A stretch of 60,480 nt of DNA, the filler included, from Hausera hauseri (lineage: Eukaryota), in NCBI GenBank assembly GCA_046269625.1. It is 10 parts of 10 records of this genome, joined end to end, with 100 filler letters (N's around TTAATTAATTAA, not from the genome) between each part and the next. Parts side by side here need not be neighbours in the genome. Positions count along the whole stretch, not along the records: positions 1 to 5,080 come from JBJURY010342268.1; positions 5,181 to 17,065 come from JBJURY010057773.1; 8 more parts are not named here. One strand, 5' to 3'. Under the pieces are notes generated by a model that searched no databases, had not been told where the DNA came from, and was given only the letters and a program-made list of their open reading frames with translations. Of the stretch, positions 1 through 12,500 are shown in pieces (within the stretch, counting starts at the first letter, position 1; each line of letters begins with the position of its first letter). A program made the position numbers and the translations under genes.

Positions 1-10
1 TAATCAATGA

Positions 11-814
11 TTAACCAGACCACCACATGAACCCACAATGAATAAGTTGCACAAGCGCAACTTCCTTAAAAAATGTTAAATATTTATAACACAAAGACAA
101 AAGAAAATACCCACGAAGAAGATCGGCATTGTTTATGGGAGTGACGCCCAAGGAACTCAATTGCGAGATTGCAGTTTTAAGGAAATCCGATGGTTTTTGA
201 TTTCCGATAGCGTGTTCATTAAAATACTTCTGAATTATGCTGTCAATGGAAGGGTCGGTGATATGCAAAACTGATTCATACAGCATATCATATGGACTTG
301 AAGAAGTAAGTATGTCAGCAAGATTGTTAATTTGCTGCTTGATGTTAGCTGGAAGTAATAGCAGCAAACTGTTCGCCCTAAAAATGGAGTCTCTAATATG
401 ATTGGCTTTAAGCCATTGCAAGTGGAACTGCAACCAGGTACGACTAGAATTTGTCTTGTCTAGAAAAAAATCCGTGCAGGGGAGATTTGGAGATATGGGT
501 GGTGTGGGGTCGATAGGATGACGACCAGATGTGGTTTTGGTTAAGTTTTCGGAAGAAGGGTCAGGGTCCGATCCATTCCGTAAGCGAAAGTGGAGCACGA
601 GACAGATGTCTGAACGTTCGTGGCACGCAAAAGACAAGAAGGAGTCTGAAGTATGTACTATAAGCCCTTGATGTGTGAAATAAAAATTAGAGATGCTATA
701 TGATGAGGACAAAGCGTTATATAAAAACTGTGCTCTCTCGTTGAGTGGAGCTTGTAAGGTGGTAATGTGTTTATTGTAGCTAAAGACCAGGAAGGATAAT
801 TGTAATGAGGTCAT
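11..814 (-). CDS. gag: Ubiquitin-like domain fused to a retrotransposon Gag (DUF7041-type), C-terminally truncated
   Basis: aa 4-81 follow the ubiquitin pattern (FYFTHQG ~ RLIFAG; SFLSFACHERSDICLVLHFRLRNG ~ [22 protein letters not shown]). Gag motifs follow: PYDMLYESVL, HAIGNQKPSDFL (~ELGDRKPSQLL), LLRGYFLLSL (~LRELFLQRLP). Confidence 0.7.
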   Translation of the reverse strand: MTSLQLSFLVFSYNKHITTLQAPLNERAQFLYNALSSSYSISNFYFTHQGLIVHTSDSFLSFACHERSDICLVLHFRLRNGSDPDPSSENLTKTTSGRHPIDPTPPISPNLPCTDFFLDKTNSSRTWLQFHLQWLKANHIRDSIFRANSLLLLLPANIKQQINNLADILTSSSPYDMLYESVLHITDPSIDSIIQKYFNEHAIGNQKPSDFLKTAISQLSSLGVTPINNADLLRGYFLLSLCYKYLTFFKEVALVQLIHCGFMWWSG

Positions 815-955
815 CCCAAAGGCACAATTAAATGTACGGGGTGCTTGGGCGGTTACCTTTTGGATTAAGAAGCGGTTCGAGCGTACAGCTAGGATAGCGA
901 TGGCAAATTATGTTTGGGATAAAGAAATATACAAAGATGTTAAATTTAGAAACCC
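90..955 (-). mobile_element. Truncated 5' part of a CsRn1-like Ty3/Gypsy retrotransposon (leader plus Ubl-gag)
   Basis: Nucleotide and protein homology to 49590-50477, which is directly followed by a Gypsy RT. Homology ends after RGYFLLSL (about position 95). Confidence 0.75.
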
Positions 956-1219
956 TATACAATGAAAAATGGTTTCAGCCAGATGGGTCTGCACATGCGC
1001 ATAGAGTGGTCACACCGGTGGGCGCGAATCAATGAAAGAAATCTTACCCACCTGTGGTTAGATGAATCTGAGGATGGAATGTCCGCCGGTCGATCGGTGA
1101 GTTTGCTGTTGACTCGCAGTATGTTCATAGAATCAATACGGTTAGCGGCGATTGGACAGACACTAAATGCGACGCACTGCACAGTAAATGCCTTTCCCAG
1201 ATCTTTAATTTTTTCCGTT

Positions 1220-1930
1220 TTTCCGAGATCAAATATGATCAGTCTATTCGCCAGTCCAACGAGCCGACGACCCTGGAAACTGCAGACGGAATCAGGCGAA
1301 TCATCAACATCGGTAATGTGTACCAAGTCAGGGAAATCCGAACCGGATTTCGTGACTTTATAAACTCGCAATCGACCGCCGTTGTTACTGACAGAATACA
1401 GTCGATGACCACACCAATCACGACGTATTGTTCATCGGGTCTCGTTGAGAATTTCGCCAATACCATCGAATCTGCTGCTTCGTTTTGCGGCAATCCAATA
1501 ACCTGCACGACAGTACTGTCGATCGGTTTGATGATACGGATTACACTGGCCCAATATCCGGTACGGGCTTTCGGTGCACCGAATGCATCTTCCGGTAAGT
1601 TCTCGGCCAGAAATTCATTGGCCATTTCATTAGCTAATTCTTGTTCTTCTTCGCCGGGTGCTTCTTGCATTCTCCGAGCGATTTGGTGCTTACGTTCCTC
1701 TTTGGACATGCTCGTATACGCATTATGGTCCGTTTCAATGATGATTGCATTACCGTATTGTTGATGGAGAGCAAAACGCCGTGGTGTATAACTTAGCGGA
1801 TAGCTGATTTGATTGAAAATTGAACCCAATTTTTCCAAAGCCAGAATACGAAACAAATTTTGGCAAATAGCAACAATTCCTTCAGGACATTGTTAGGAAG
1901 AAAAACTGCTAGCATATTCCAGTGCTTTGT
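1220..1930 (-). pseudogene. SF3B3: Splicing factor 3B subunit 3 (SAP130) internal fragment, intronless, with an in-frame stop and a frameshift
   Basis: LEYASSFSS*QCPEGIVAI-FRILALEKLGSIFNQISYPLSYTPRRF-IIIETDHNAYT-FLAENLPEDAFGAPKA-WASVIRI matches SF3B3. A frameshift near 1375 leads into FQGRRLVG..FDLGK. Confidence 0.92.
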
Positions 1931-1960
1931 TTATGTAAATTTCTTCAAAACACGACTAAA

Positions 1961-4512
1961 TTAAAATCGTTTCTGAACCAATTGCAAAGTTAAATTGTCA
2001 AGTCGTCTATATGCTGACGTTAGATTCGTATTTGACGAGACAAATTCAAAATACGTTGCAAACAAAAGAAAATCGGAATTGATAATATCAAATTGAGTCT
2101 TTACAATTGATGGAATAAGGGAAAGTTTTAATTTTGATAGTGAGACATTTATCTCTTCAATAATTATTGGCAAAGTTTTCCAAACATTTGGATAAAGCAA
2201 ATAATTTTGGCTGAGAGAACATTCGTATGATTCGAATATGCAATACTGTGTAATTGATTGGGTGGACGTATTAAAAATTGAAACTTTGAAGTAGTCAGCT
2301 TTGAGTTGACTGGTCGGATTTTCTTCTATGACCTTATGCGATTCGATATAAGGAAATATACTAATAGTCGACTTATAAAATACAATTATTGTTTCTTCAA
2401 AGGAACATATTCGTGTAACCGAGCAACTTGATCTTCTGAAGGATAGAATGAACTTTCGTAAAGGATACTTTGACCGCTTTTAAAATATGATGGATACTTT
2501 GACGTGTCGAGAGACTTGGTAATTTCTTGAAGATTGTGAAGGAAATTTCCATTTATGATTTGCGTCTCCACAATGCCAACATTTAAACTCGAGGATTCTC
2601 TGATACCATCTTGATCGTAGAGATTCTTCAAATGTACTAAACAAATTTCACATTCTTCAATATCCTTCATTGTTTGTATGAAATACACATAATCACACCA
2701 ACTTTCCTGAGAAGTAATACTATTAACCTTTCCATAATCATTTGCAACTGGATCAAAGTCATTGGATTCTATATCAGAAAACAAGCTCCCAGTAAGAAAA
2801 ATTTGGAATGAATCATTTTTCATAGACTTTTCACAACGAATTTCAATAATATTTACATTATCACCGAACATCGACGGAACGTATGACCATGCTCACGACG
2901 TCCAAGACTTTGCACGTCAGCCGTATCTGACAAAATAGTTTCTTCCGTAACTGTTACCGGTTCAGTGGGTTTCTGACATTCCTCGAGCAACTAATGGGAA
3001 AATCCACAACCGACAACGGAATCCCACTTAATAATTCCGTAATAGAGACCACAGACTAATTTAACAAGCCGTCGAATCATTGGCATTCGACTAAGTGATA
3101 TATTCAACTCTAAATTGTCAAATTTTATGTTGAATTCGACATAGCACCTATAGAGAATCGGCTCCTGGTAGACACTGTTATGGCCAGCGTGCTTAATACT
3201 GGAATGCAATTGTGAAATGGTTCCGCAACATCAATTGATAACATAGTAACGTATTTTTATCAACGAGTTTGGTGTCACCATTTTTTCATCAGCGATCTTT
3301 TTCAGTTGAATGGAAAGCAAATGCAAACTGCTGACAAGTATGCACATTCGATCTTCGGTTACTTCACATTTATTATTTAGCTTCGTCAAAAAGAGCATGT
3401 CAAACCAGTTGCTGCTGTCGACTTTTTCCGAACTGGAATTATCGACTTCGACCGTACTCAGAATGGGTGTAATCGAATTGATAATCCGTGACAACAGGTC
3501 AAGATTTTCAATAGACGCTTCCAAAAACATTGGAAGAGTTAGAACCGGTGAGTTCGATAATGATTTCCATGCCAACATCAAATTGCGTTTTAAATAAGCA
3601 AATCCATCTAACTGATTGTCTAAGCATGGAGATGATTTTTTGCTTTTGAGATGACCCGATTTATCAAGAAAATGCAATTTACTATCGGCATTAACGATCG
3701 TTGTGTCAAATTGATAATTTGTTTTATTTTTTTGTTTGATGGATGATTGATCCAGACAGCTCATAATAATCACTGCTTAAATTAGAAGACAAACATCCTT
3801 CTCTTCTTTGATCGATTCGAAACGCAACCAGTTCAACAGACGAAAACAAGAGTTGCTCAGTATGTCAACATGTTCTGTAGAATGTATCGAAATATCCACC
3901 GTTTTGTCTTTCACGTATTTTTCCAACCGTTTAAGCACCGGCAAAATCGAAACGCTGATAAACGGTTTGATTTCGGGGCTTTTTGGGCCAGATAACGTTG
4001 GATAAAATTTAGCACCAGATGGCAATTCAATGAGCATTATTACGTGCTTCAAATTTATACTCAAGTGGCCATATATCAGACCCAGTTCGAGCATTAACTC
4101 AAGGGAAATGTCTCGAACGGACTTTGGAGCAATGCTGTCGGAATTAGAAATGCACAAAACAGTTTTTTAGAAACTGATACGTCTGTTCCGTAACGCCGCT
4201 CGAAAACGGCAAATCATCCTGTTCATTATTCAAATTAAACAATCCACCAACGGGAATCTGTCTAATTTCATCGACAGCACTGCGCATAACATCAACACAA
4301 CTGTCAAGGTCGATCTCGTTACTAACTCGCCACACTCGCTGCATGAAAATAAACACCATCTTTACACCCGATCGAGCAGAAACACCGCCCAACAATCCGC
4401 CTGTTGCTTTGCTTTTGTAACTTCTAAATAAATTAAATGATTCCGGAATGAACTTTTGTTGATTTCCATCGTCTTTATTATCGTCATTGGAGAAATGTTT
4501 CGCATTGCTCAT
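1961..4512 (-). pseudogene. HERC2: Divergent HERC2-like E3 ligase N-terminal region, fragmented
   Basis: GVSARSGVKMVFIFMQRVWR..DSCVDVMRSAVDEIRQIPVGGLF, ISLELMLELGLIYGHLS, SILPVLKRLE, AVIIMSCLDQ and CILVSSLHLLSIQL match HERC2 N-terminal blocks in order (3231-4512). There is a homopolymer frameshift near 4165 and a stop at 3777. ORFs in 1961-3209 are only assumed to be the continuation. Confidence 0.6.
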
Positions 4513-5080
4513 GAATTTCTCAACGGTATTCTTAAAAAAATTGACTCATTTCAATTTCCGCCTGAACATCTCCCGTAATAATTACCGATCTCGTTAATTC
4601 TGCATTGTCTTTGGCCAGTTGGAGTAGTTTGCCTTGTAAAACTTTATTATCTCCTGGATATTATTGAACATGTAATTATTGCCATCTATTTGCTTAATCA
4701 AAATACTTGATACTACATTATTCCTACTGTATATTTTCCTAACAAAATCCTTATCATCCCCATTCCGAAATTCAGTAGAATGACTATTAGAAATAGTTTT
4801 GATAGTTTCACGTGTAATAAACATTTTCAACTAATTCGGTATAATATTTTCATTAATTGATAAAAAAACAACTAACATGCAATTATAAAACAATAGTCTT
4901 GTAAAGACCGTCTAACAGCCTTCAAATGTCGGTGAACCATGGTTATTCTCGCTCTCCCAGTCTTCCGAACCCTGCCAGGGATTATGTCACACACATCTAT
5001 TTTCACACTCATTCAACAATCTAACCTTTAACAACCTAATTTTTAATACTACCATAATGCACATCGCAACCAACTTATGA

Positions 5081-5180
5081 NNNNNNNNNNNNNNNNNNNN
5101 NNNNNNNNNNNNNNNNNNNNNNNNTTAATTAATTAANNNNNNNNNNNNNNNNNNNNNNNNNNNNNNNNNNNNNNNNNNNN
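5081..5180. other. Artificial contig linker
   Basis: N44-TTAATTAATTAA-N44 (stops in all six frames). Confidence 0.98.
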
Positions 5181-7354
5181 TGCTGTTTATGGACATTGTA
5201 ATGTTCCTCGTACCCTCTCCTGCACATTAACTCACATGTAGGGCATATATAATACTGAACCCTGTTGAACATATGCTCGAAGTATTTTATCATAATACTA
5301 TGGCAAATTGCCGGCTCATGGATTGGAGCCAAGCACTCTCTGTAAAGTTGTCACAAACAAACCAATTATTTGATGAGCACAAATAAGAAAAATTTACCAT
5401 TTCGTGGAAGTGAATTTGGAAATAATGAAAAATATAGCTATGTCAACTTACACTGTCTAATTTTGAAAATTGATGCAGTAAACCAATGCATATATACGGA
5501 AATTAATGGTGGGGTAAATGTGGCACTGCATATTGTTGCCCATATGTTGTCAACATCACGCGTTTGTTTTAATGCATCAAATGCATGGACTTGTCACGTA
5601 CTTATGACATTGCTTCTCATTGTTTGTTTTAATGCACCAAATATATATATATGTGTGACGGCGCAATATTCGGTTTTCATATATGCGGAATCGACTACAG
5701 CCATCTGATTCTTCGAATCATGCTTCCTACACCGATTATTCGAGTTCGAATCGATATTTCTTAGAGTTCGAATAATGTTTCGATCATCTGACACCAGATT
5801 CGGATTCTCCACATACGCTTTCGTATCCATGTGCGCTTAAAGATTTGTCGATTTCAATGTGCTTCACCTTCAAAATCACCTCTATTGCTTAATCAATATA
5901 AGAATCACTACATTTATTAAGCACTTTTAGCATATTTGAAAAACCTTGTTTTTTATACACTACACCGCATTGCACCGCACTAATCTTGTTGCCCATATAA
6001 GTTTTCAACCATGAGGAAAAGAATGCCGTCATTAGATTCTTTGAATAATGATTCCTTCGCCGAATATTCGAGTTCGAATAGCTAAATATTCAATTTGTAA
6101 GCTCGAATTCGATCATTTAACATCTTATTCCAGTTCAACATACATGACTTCCTATCCAGCCCCGCTATTAGATTTATCGATTTCCGCACCACTGAGCTTC
6201 AAATGCACATTTTGCTTATTTTGAAATATTGATTTTATGCCTATATAGTACATTTTCATGGAATAATTTTTATGTACGAAGGGGTTTTTATATAGGAAGA
6301 ATCGATTCGCACTGTTATATTTTTCGAATAGTTCGAACTTCGGTATTCGAGCTCGAAAAAATTCGAATTAGAGACTCGAGATTCGAGTTCGCCATAGCCG
6401 ATTTCCTATCTGTTTCCGCTCAATGTTATACTGAATTTTGCTTCCTTAGAGTCTAAAAAGCCTATTAAAAGTATAACCAATTTATACCTTGGATTGATAT
6501 TAATCGATAGCTAATCGATAAATTTAAATTCTAACTGCACATTTATATACTACACCATGTTTTCTTTCGAATGCATCAGGTCACATATCCTAATTATCTA
6601 TATTGGAAATATGGGAAATTGGATATTATTGATTTTTGCACACTTTCACACATGTTTTTGCACTGAACACCACATATAAAGGTGCATCTCAATGCGTCCT
6701 ATCCATTAGCACTTGACCCCAATTAATTCCATCACTCCTACGCTGCACAACTGCAAAAGTGTGCAAAGTGGAAAAGTGCTCTGGCAACCGTATCCAAGAG
6801 CACACCAATATCGAGTTTTGCGCTGATCGAAAGTACATCAAGTACTGCACCTGCGAGTATATGTGCCATATTGACATTATTGATTTAAAATTTATAGCGG
6901 AAAGGCCTGTGGTAGTTCGGTCCCACTTGCGAATTATTCGAAAACCAATCAATCGATTTAAATTCTAACTGCACATTCACATAGCCCATCATGTGTGCTA
7001 TCCATTTCACCCGCTGCCGAGTGCTAATCATCAATATTAGATTTATCGGAAATCTGATATTATTGAATTTTGCACACTTGCACATGTGCCGCACATTTTT
7101 CTGTGCACTAATCAATGCGTTCTGATGTGCACTATCGATTAGCACTTTGTCCCAATCGATTCGATCAATACTGCACTGTGCAACGATCGATTTGACAAAA
7201 GTTCAAAAATGTACGAAGCAACGGTGACTATTGGGACCGTTGCAAGTCACTCTATGGATCGATAGTGCTCCGGGTGCACTATTGATTGGCATATGTGCTA
7301 TATCGATTGGCACCCTCCCTGGAGATGGGACCGAACCGCCGTTTTCCTCCTACT
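5181..7354 (-). mobile_element. Polinton/adintovirus terminal region (long terminal repeat plus start of the Cys/His-pPolB ORF)
   Basis: The reverse complement begins AGTAGGAGGAAAACGGCGGTTC at 7354 and is colinear with 32503-34205. 5181-5360 encodes a homolog of ORF 34031 (HMFNRVQYYICPTCE). Confidence 0.8.
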
Positions 7355-8030
7355 TAGATGCATCAGCACAGAAAAGCCAGAAAATGTCCCAGATAAGACT
7401 AAGTACAGTTTCAGAACTAAACATTGAGCCTCCGTGATGGTATTTTGTTTGGTGGCCTCAGATTGTAAAAAGATTCCACCAGTTTTCATTAAATATGGAC
7501 TAAAAATCGGTGCAGACATCTACATTATCATACTGAGAGAAAATGTCAAGCTGTTGATCGAATCAACCTACTCACCAAACGCAAGGTACATTTTCTAAAA
7601 AGATTGCTATCCTGTGCACACCGCCAAAAAGAACCAAGATTGGCTCCAGGCCAAATTCAAGGACTTCTGGACAAAGGATATGTGGCCCCTAGTTTACCGG
7701 ATTTTAATTTCTTAGACTTCGGCATTAGGCGCTTGTACGAAAAGGTGCCTGTGCTTAACTTTATTCGTCAATTTCGGAGATCAAATCTTTCATCACCAAA
7801 ACTTGGAACAATATGGACAAGGTATACATTAAGAACACTTGCTCTACTTTCAGGCCTTGTCTTGAGGCTGTCATTAAGGCTAAAGATTCTCAAATTGAAT
7901 GATAATGTCTTTTGGAGAATTAAGATAATGAGTTGTATTAAATGTGATTTTTTAAAAGTTTCTTTTGCTTTAGTTTTGCGACAAGTTCTAAATTTAGGGT
8001 TAAATATAGCCATTTTAGCCGCATACGGTA
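7355..8030 (+). mobile_element. Degenerate Tc1/mariner (maT/DD37D-like) transposon, 3' part
   Basis: VMVFCLVASDCKKIPPVFIKYGLKIGADIYIIILRENV..YIF*KDCYPVHTAKKNQDWLQAKFKDFWTKDMWP resembles the QQDGAPAHT..WPPSSPDLNP region. It ends before a TA run at about 8030 and its 5' side is cut by the Polinton terminus. Confidence 0.75.
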
Positions 8031-8059
8031 TATATATATATAAAATAATATTTCAAAAA

Positions 8060-9480
8060 GTATTTATTTACTATATATTTCGGATAGTCGCTGTCCATCT
8101 TCAAGCTCTAAATCAAAATATAAACTGCTTATGAGTAAAAGAGCAAACCTCATTGGTATACAGAATGGCTGCAAACTAAAATATCAACGTATATTTTAGA
8201 GCACTTTGAAAAACAAATTCCCGCGATCTGGAATACAAACCATGTATATACAAACGCCATGTGGATGATATATTCATGATTTTTAATTCTTCGAACGACA
8301 TGTCATTATTTTTGAACTTCTTGAATAATATGCATGAAAATATTAAATTTACTTGTGAATTGGAAAAGGAGAATAAAACTGCTTTTTTCGATATGCTTGT
8401 TGAGTGGTTGTCAAATAAATTCAACACACAAATACATCGAAAGCCGATCGACGTAGAATTATATATAACTTTATCCAATTTCTCTGATGGAAAGTATAAA
8501 AGAAATCTCCTGTCTTGTCTATTGTACAGAACATACAAACTGTGTTAGGATTTTCAAAGTATGAACAATGCATTTGAAAATTTAAAAAACATTTTAAACA
8601 ATAATGGCTCTTCGGATTATTTAATATACAATGCCATAAGAAAAGGGATGGACAAATTCCATTCACCTAAAACAAATACAAAAAGCAACATTTTGACGAA
8701 CTCTAATCAAACCACAAATGTTTTGCATAACTTTGATCCATGTGGTTTAATAGAAAATATTCCAGAAACCTTCGGCATAGAAAACAATAAAGAAAATAAA
8801 CATGTAAATTTGAGATATCGATCAATTTTAAAATTGCCGTTCTCGGAAGGTTCTAAGGAAATAAAATCACAAATTTTAAAATTATTGCCTAAAGAAGCCA
8901 ATTTATATGTTATATTTTCTAGTAAGTGAATAATTGATTTATTTAGGAATAAATCTGCCACACTACTCGATGTTCAGTTTAACCTTGTATATAAGTTTGA
9001 TTGTCATGGGTGCAATAGCTCATACATAGGAAAGACTTCACATAATCTTCGCACAAGAGTAGATGATCATAGTAGGTGTTGGTAGTATTCAAATTGTAAA
9101 AATCGAAGCAACAGAATTAATATATCCGAATTTAAAATCATAAGTAAGAGTTTTAGTAATTATAAAGAACAAACAATGGCTTAGGTGATTCTGAAAAAAT
9201 CAAGGAAACCTGATTTAAATATCCAGAAAAAAATCGGTCCAATTGCCCAAATTATTTTAATAAATATAGTAAATTTAATTATAGTAACTTTATTAGTAAA
9301 AATTATAAAATTTGATGTGAAAATATATTTAGCTTAAAAGTTCTACTTTTTGCAATAATTTGGTTTGTCGACCTTCTGCATACATTTGAGGTTTGTAGTT
9401 TTGCTCATAAGTAGTTTATATTTTTGATTTAAAGGCGGAATATGGAGAGGAAACATCCAAAATATAGCAAATAAATATTA
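8060..9480 (+). mobile_element. 5'-truncated Penelope-like retroelement (RT C-terminus plus GIY-YIG) flanked by inverted pLTR segments
   Basis: YKRHVDDIF..LNNMHENIKFTCELEKENKTAFFD..IHRKP (RT) and NLVYKFDCHGCNSSYIGKTSHNLRTRVDDH (GIY-YIG, about 8980-9070). 8060-8152 is an inverted copy of 9385-9478. Confidence 0.88.
8071..8108 (-). ncRNA. Degenerate minimal hammerhead ribozyme in the Penelope pLTR
   Basis: The minus strand reads gcUUGAAGA-UGGA-cagcgacua-UCC-GAAA-uauauag: a CUGANGA/GAAA core with one mismatch and a short stem II. Confidence 0.5.
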
Positions 9481-9540
9481 ATTGAAATGGTGTTTGACTT
9501 TATTTATGAGAAATGCGCCATTATTCTTCGTATATATAGT

Positions 9541-12500
9541 GTGAGACAGAGAGAGAGATAGAGAGCGACAGCGAGAGACAGAGATAGAGAGAGAAAGAGA
9601 GAGTAACAGAGAAAGAGAGAAAGAGAGAGATAGAGATAGAGAGAAAGAGAGAAAGAGAGACAGAGACAGCGACAGGACAGAGAGAGACAGAGATAACGAG
9701 AGAGAGAGACAAAAGAAGAGAAACAGAGAGACAGAGACAGAGATACTGACAGTGACAGCGACAGAAACACACAGAGGCAAAGACAGAGAGAAACAGAGAG
9801 AGACAGAGAGTGAGACAGATAAAGACAGACAGAGAGAGAGCCATAGCGACAGAGACGGAGAGACACAGAGAGACAAAGAAAGACACAAAGAGACATAAAG
9901 AGAAAGAGAGCGACAGACAGAGAGAGAGACAGACACAGAGGCAGAGACAGAGAGACAGAGGGAGACACAGAGAAAGAGAGACAGACAGACTGAGAGACAG
10001 ACAGACAGAGATAGAAAAACAGACAGAAAAAACAGAGAAAGAGACAAAAAGAGATCGAGAGAGACAGAGAGAGACACAGATACAGACAAAGACAGAGACA
10101 GAGATATAGAGACAGAGACAGAGACATAGAGACAGAGACAGACAGAGAAAGAGACAGACACAGAGACAGACAGAGAACGAGTTNNNNNNNNNNNNNNNNN
10201 NNNNNNNNNNNNNNNNNNNNNNNNNNNNNNNNNNNNNNNNNNNNNNNNNNNNNNNNNNNNNNNNNNNNNNNNNNNNNNNNNNNNNNNNNNNNNNNNNNNN
10301 NNNNNNNNNNNNNNNNNNNNNNNNNNNNNNNNNNNNNNNNNNNNNNNNNNNGCGACACAGACAGAGAGAGACATAGAGACAGATAGATATAGAGAGAGCG
10401 AGACAGACAGACACAGAGAGAGAAAGACAGCGACAGAAACAGAGAGACAAAAAGACAGACAGGGACATAGAAAGACAGAGACAAAGGGCGACACAGAGAG
10501 AGACAGAGAGTCAGAAAGAGGTAGAGAGACAGAGGGAGACAGAGAGAAAGAGAGAGTCAGATAGACAGGCAGACAAACAGACAGAGGCAGACAGAGCGAG
10601 AGACAGAGGCAGACAGACAGCAAGATAGAGAGATAGAAACAAACAGAGAAAGAGACCCNNNNNNNNNNNNNNNNNNNNNNNNNNNNNNNNNNNNNNNNNN
10701 NNNNNNNNNNNNNNNNNNNNNNNNNNNNNNNNNNNNNNNNNNNNNNNNNNNNNNNNNNNNNNNNNNNNNNNNNNNNNNNNNNNNNNNNNNNNNNNNNNNN
10801 NNNNNNNNNNNNNNNNNNNNNNNNNNNNNNNNNNNNNNNNNNNNNNNNNNNNNNNNNTAGAGAGTGAGACAGAGACAGAGAGACAGAGACAAAGACAGCG
10901 ACGGAGAGACACAGAGCGAGGGACAAAGACAAAGACAGAGACAGAGAGACAGAGAGAGAGATAGAAAGACAGAGACAAAGACACAGAGACACAGACACAG
11001 ACACAGACAGAGAGACAGAGACATATAGAGAGAGAGACAGCAGACACAGAGAGACAGAGACAGACAAAAACAAAGAGAGAGACAGAGAGATATAGACAGA
11101 CAGATAGACAGAGACAGACAGAGAGACAGAAAGACCGAGAGACAGAGGCAGGGACAAAGAGACAGAGACAGAGAGACAAAGACAGAGACAGAGTCAGAGA
11201 TAGTGATAGGGAGGCGGAGAGAGAAACAGGGAGCCAGAGAGAGAGACACAGAGAGACAGACGGAGACAAACAGAGAGAGACAGAGAAAGAGAGAGAGAGA
11301 CAGAGAGATAGATAGAGGCAGTGAGAGGGAGAGAGACAGAGTGACAGAGAGACAGATAGACAGAAAGGCAGAGAGAGAGGCAGAAAAAGATAGACACAGA
11401 TATAGAAAGAGACAGAGAGAGAGACATAGGGCTACAGAGAAAGAGAGACAGAGACAGAGACAGAGACAGAAAAGAGAGAGACAGATAGAGACACATACAG
11501 AGACAGACAGACAGAGACAGAGAAAGACAGATAGCGACACAGAGAAAGAGGGACAGAGAGAGACAGAGAGCGAGAGAGGCTGAGAGAGACAGAGAGAAAG
11601 ACAGACATGGAGAGACAGGCAGATAGAGAGCGACAGACAGAAATAGAGAATCATAGCGACAGACAGACAGACAGACCGACAGACAGACAGACAGAGATAA
11701 AGAGAGAGAGAGAGGCAGACAAACAGACGGACAGAGACAGAGAAAGACACACAGACAAAGAGACAGAGTCAGGGAAACAGAGACGGAGAGACGGAGAGAG
11801 ACAAAGAGAGACAGAGAGAGACAGAGACAAAGACACACAGACAGAGAGAAACAGAAACAGAGAAAGAGAGGGACAGAGAAAACGACATAGCCAAAAACAG
11901 AGAGGCAGACAGAGAGATAGAAAGAGACAGAAACAGGTACATAGAGACAGACACAGACATAGACAGAGACAGAGCGAGACAGAGAGACAGAAAGACAGAG
12001 ACAGAGACATAAAAAAACAGAGAGAGAGAGACAGAGAAAGACAGAGAGAGGGACAGCGAGTGATAGAAACAGAGACANNNNNNNNNNNNNNNNNNNNNNN
12101 NNNNNNNNNNNNNNNNNNNNNNNNNNNNNNNNNNNNNNNNNNNNNNNNNNNNNNNNNNNNNNNNNNNNNNNNNNNNNNNNNNNNNNNNNNNNNNNNNNNN
12201 NNNNNNNNNNNNNNNNNNNNNNNNNNNGACAGACAAAGGTAGAGAGTCAGATACAGAGAGTCACAGCGATAGGCACAGAGACAGAGAGAGACACAGATAC
12301 AGCGAGACAGAAAAAGACAGAGACAGAAACAGAAAAAGACAGAAAAAGACACAGAGACCAACGGTGAGAGACAGAGACAGAGAGACAGAGATAGAGACAG
12401 CGATGCAGAGACAGAGACAGAGAAACAGACAGAGAGAGACATTGACATAGACAGATAGACAGAGAAAAAGAGAGAGACAGAGAGACAGAGACAGAGACAG

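Noticed and set aside
4594-5080. Possible integrase remnant (FITRETIKTI..STEFRNG)
   Set aside because: Too degenerate to call; no intact DDE residues.
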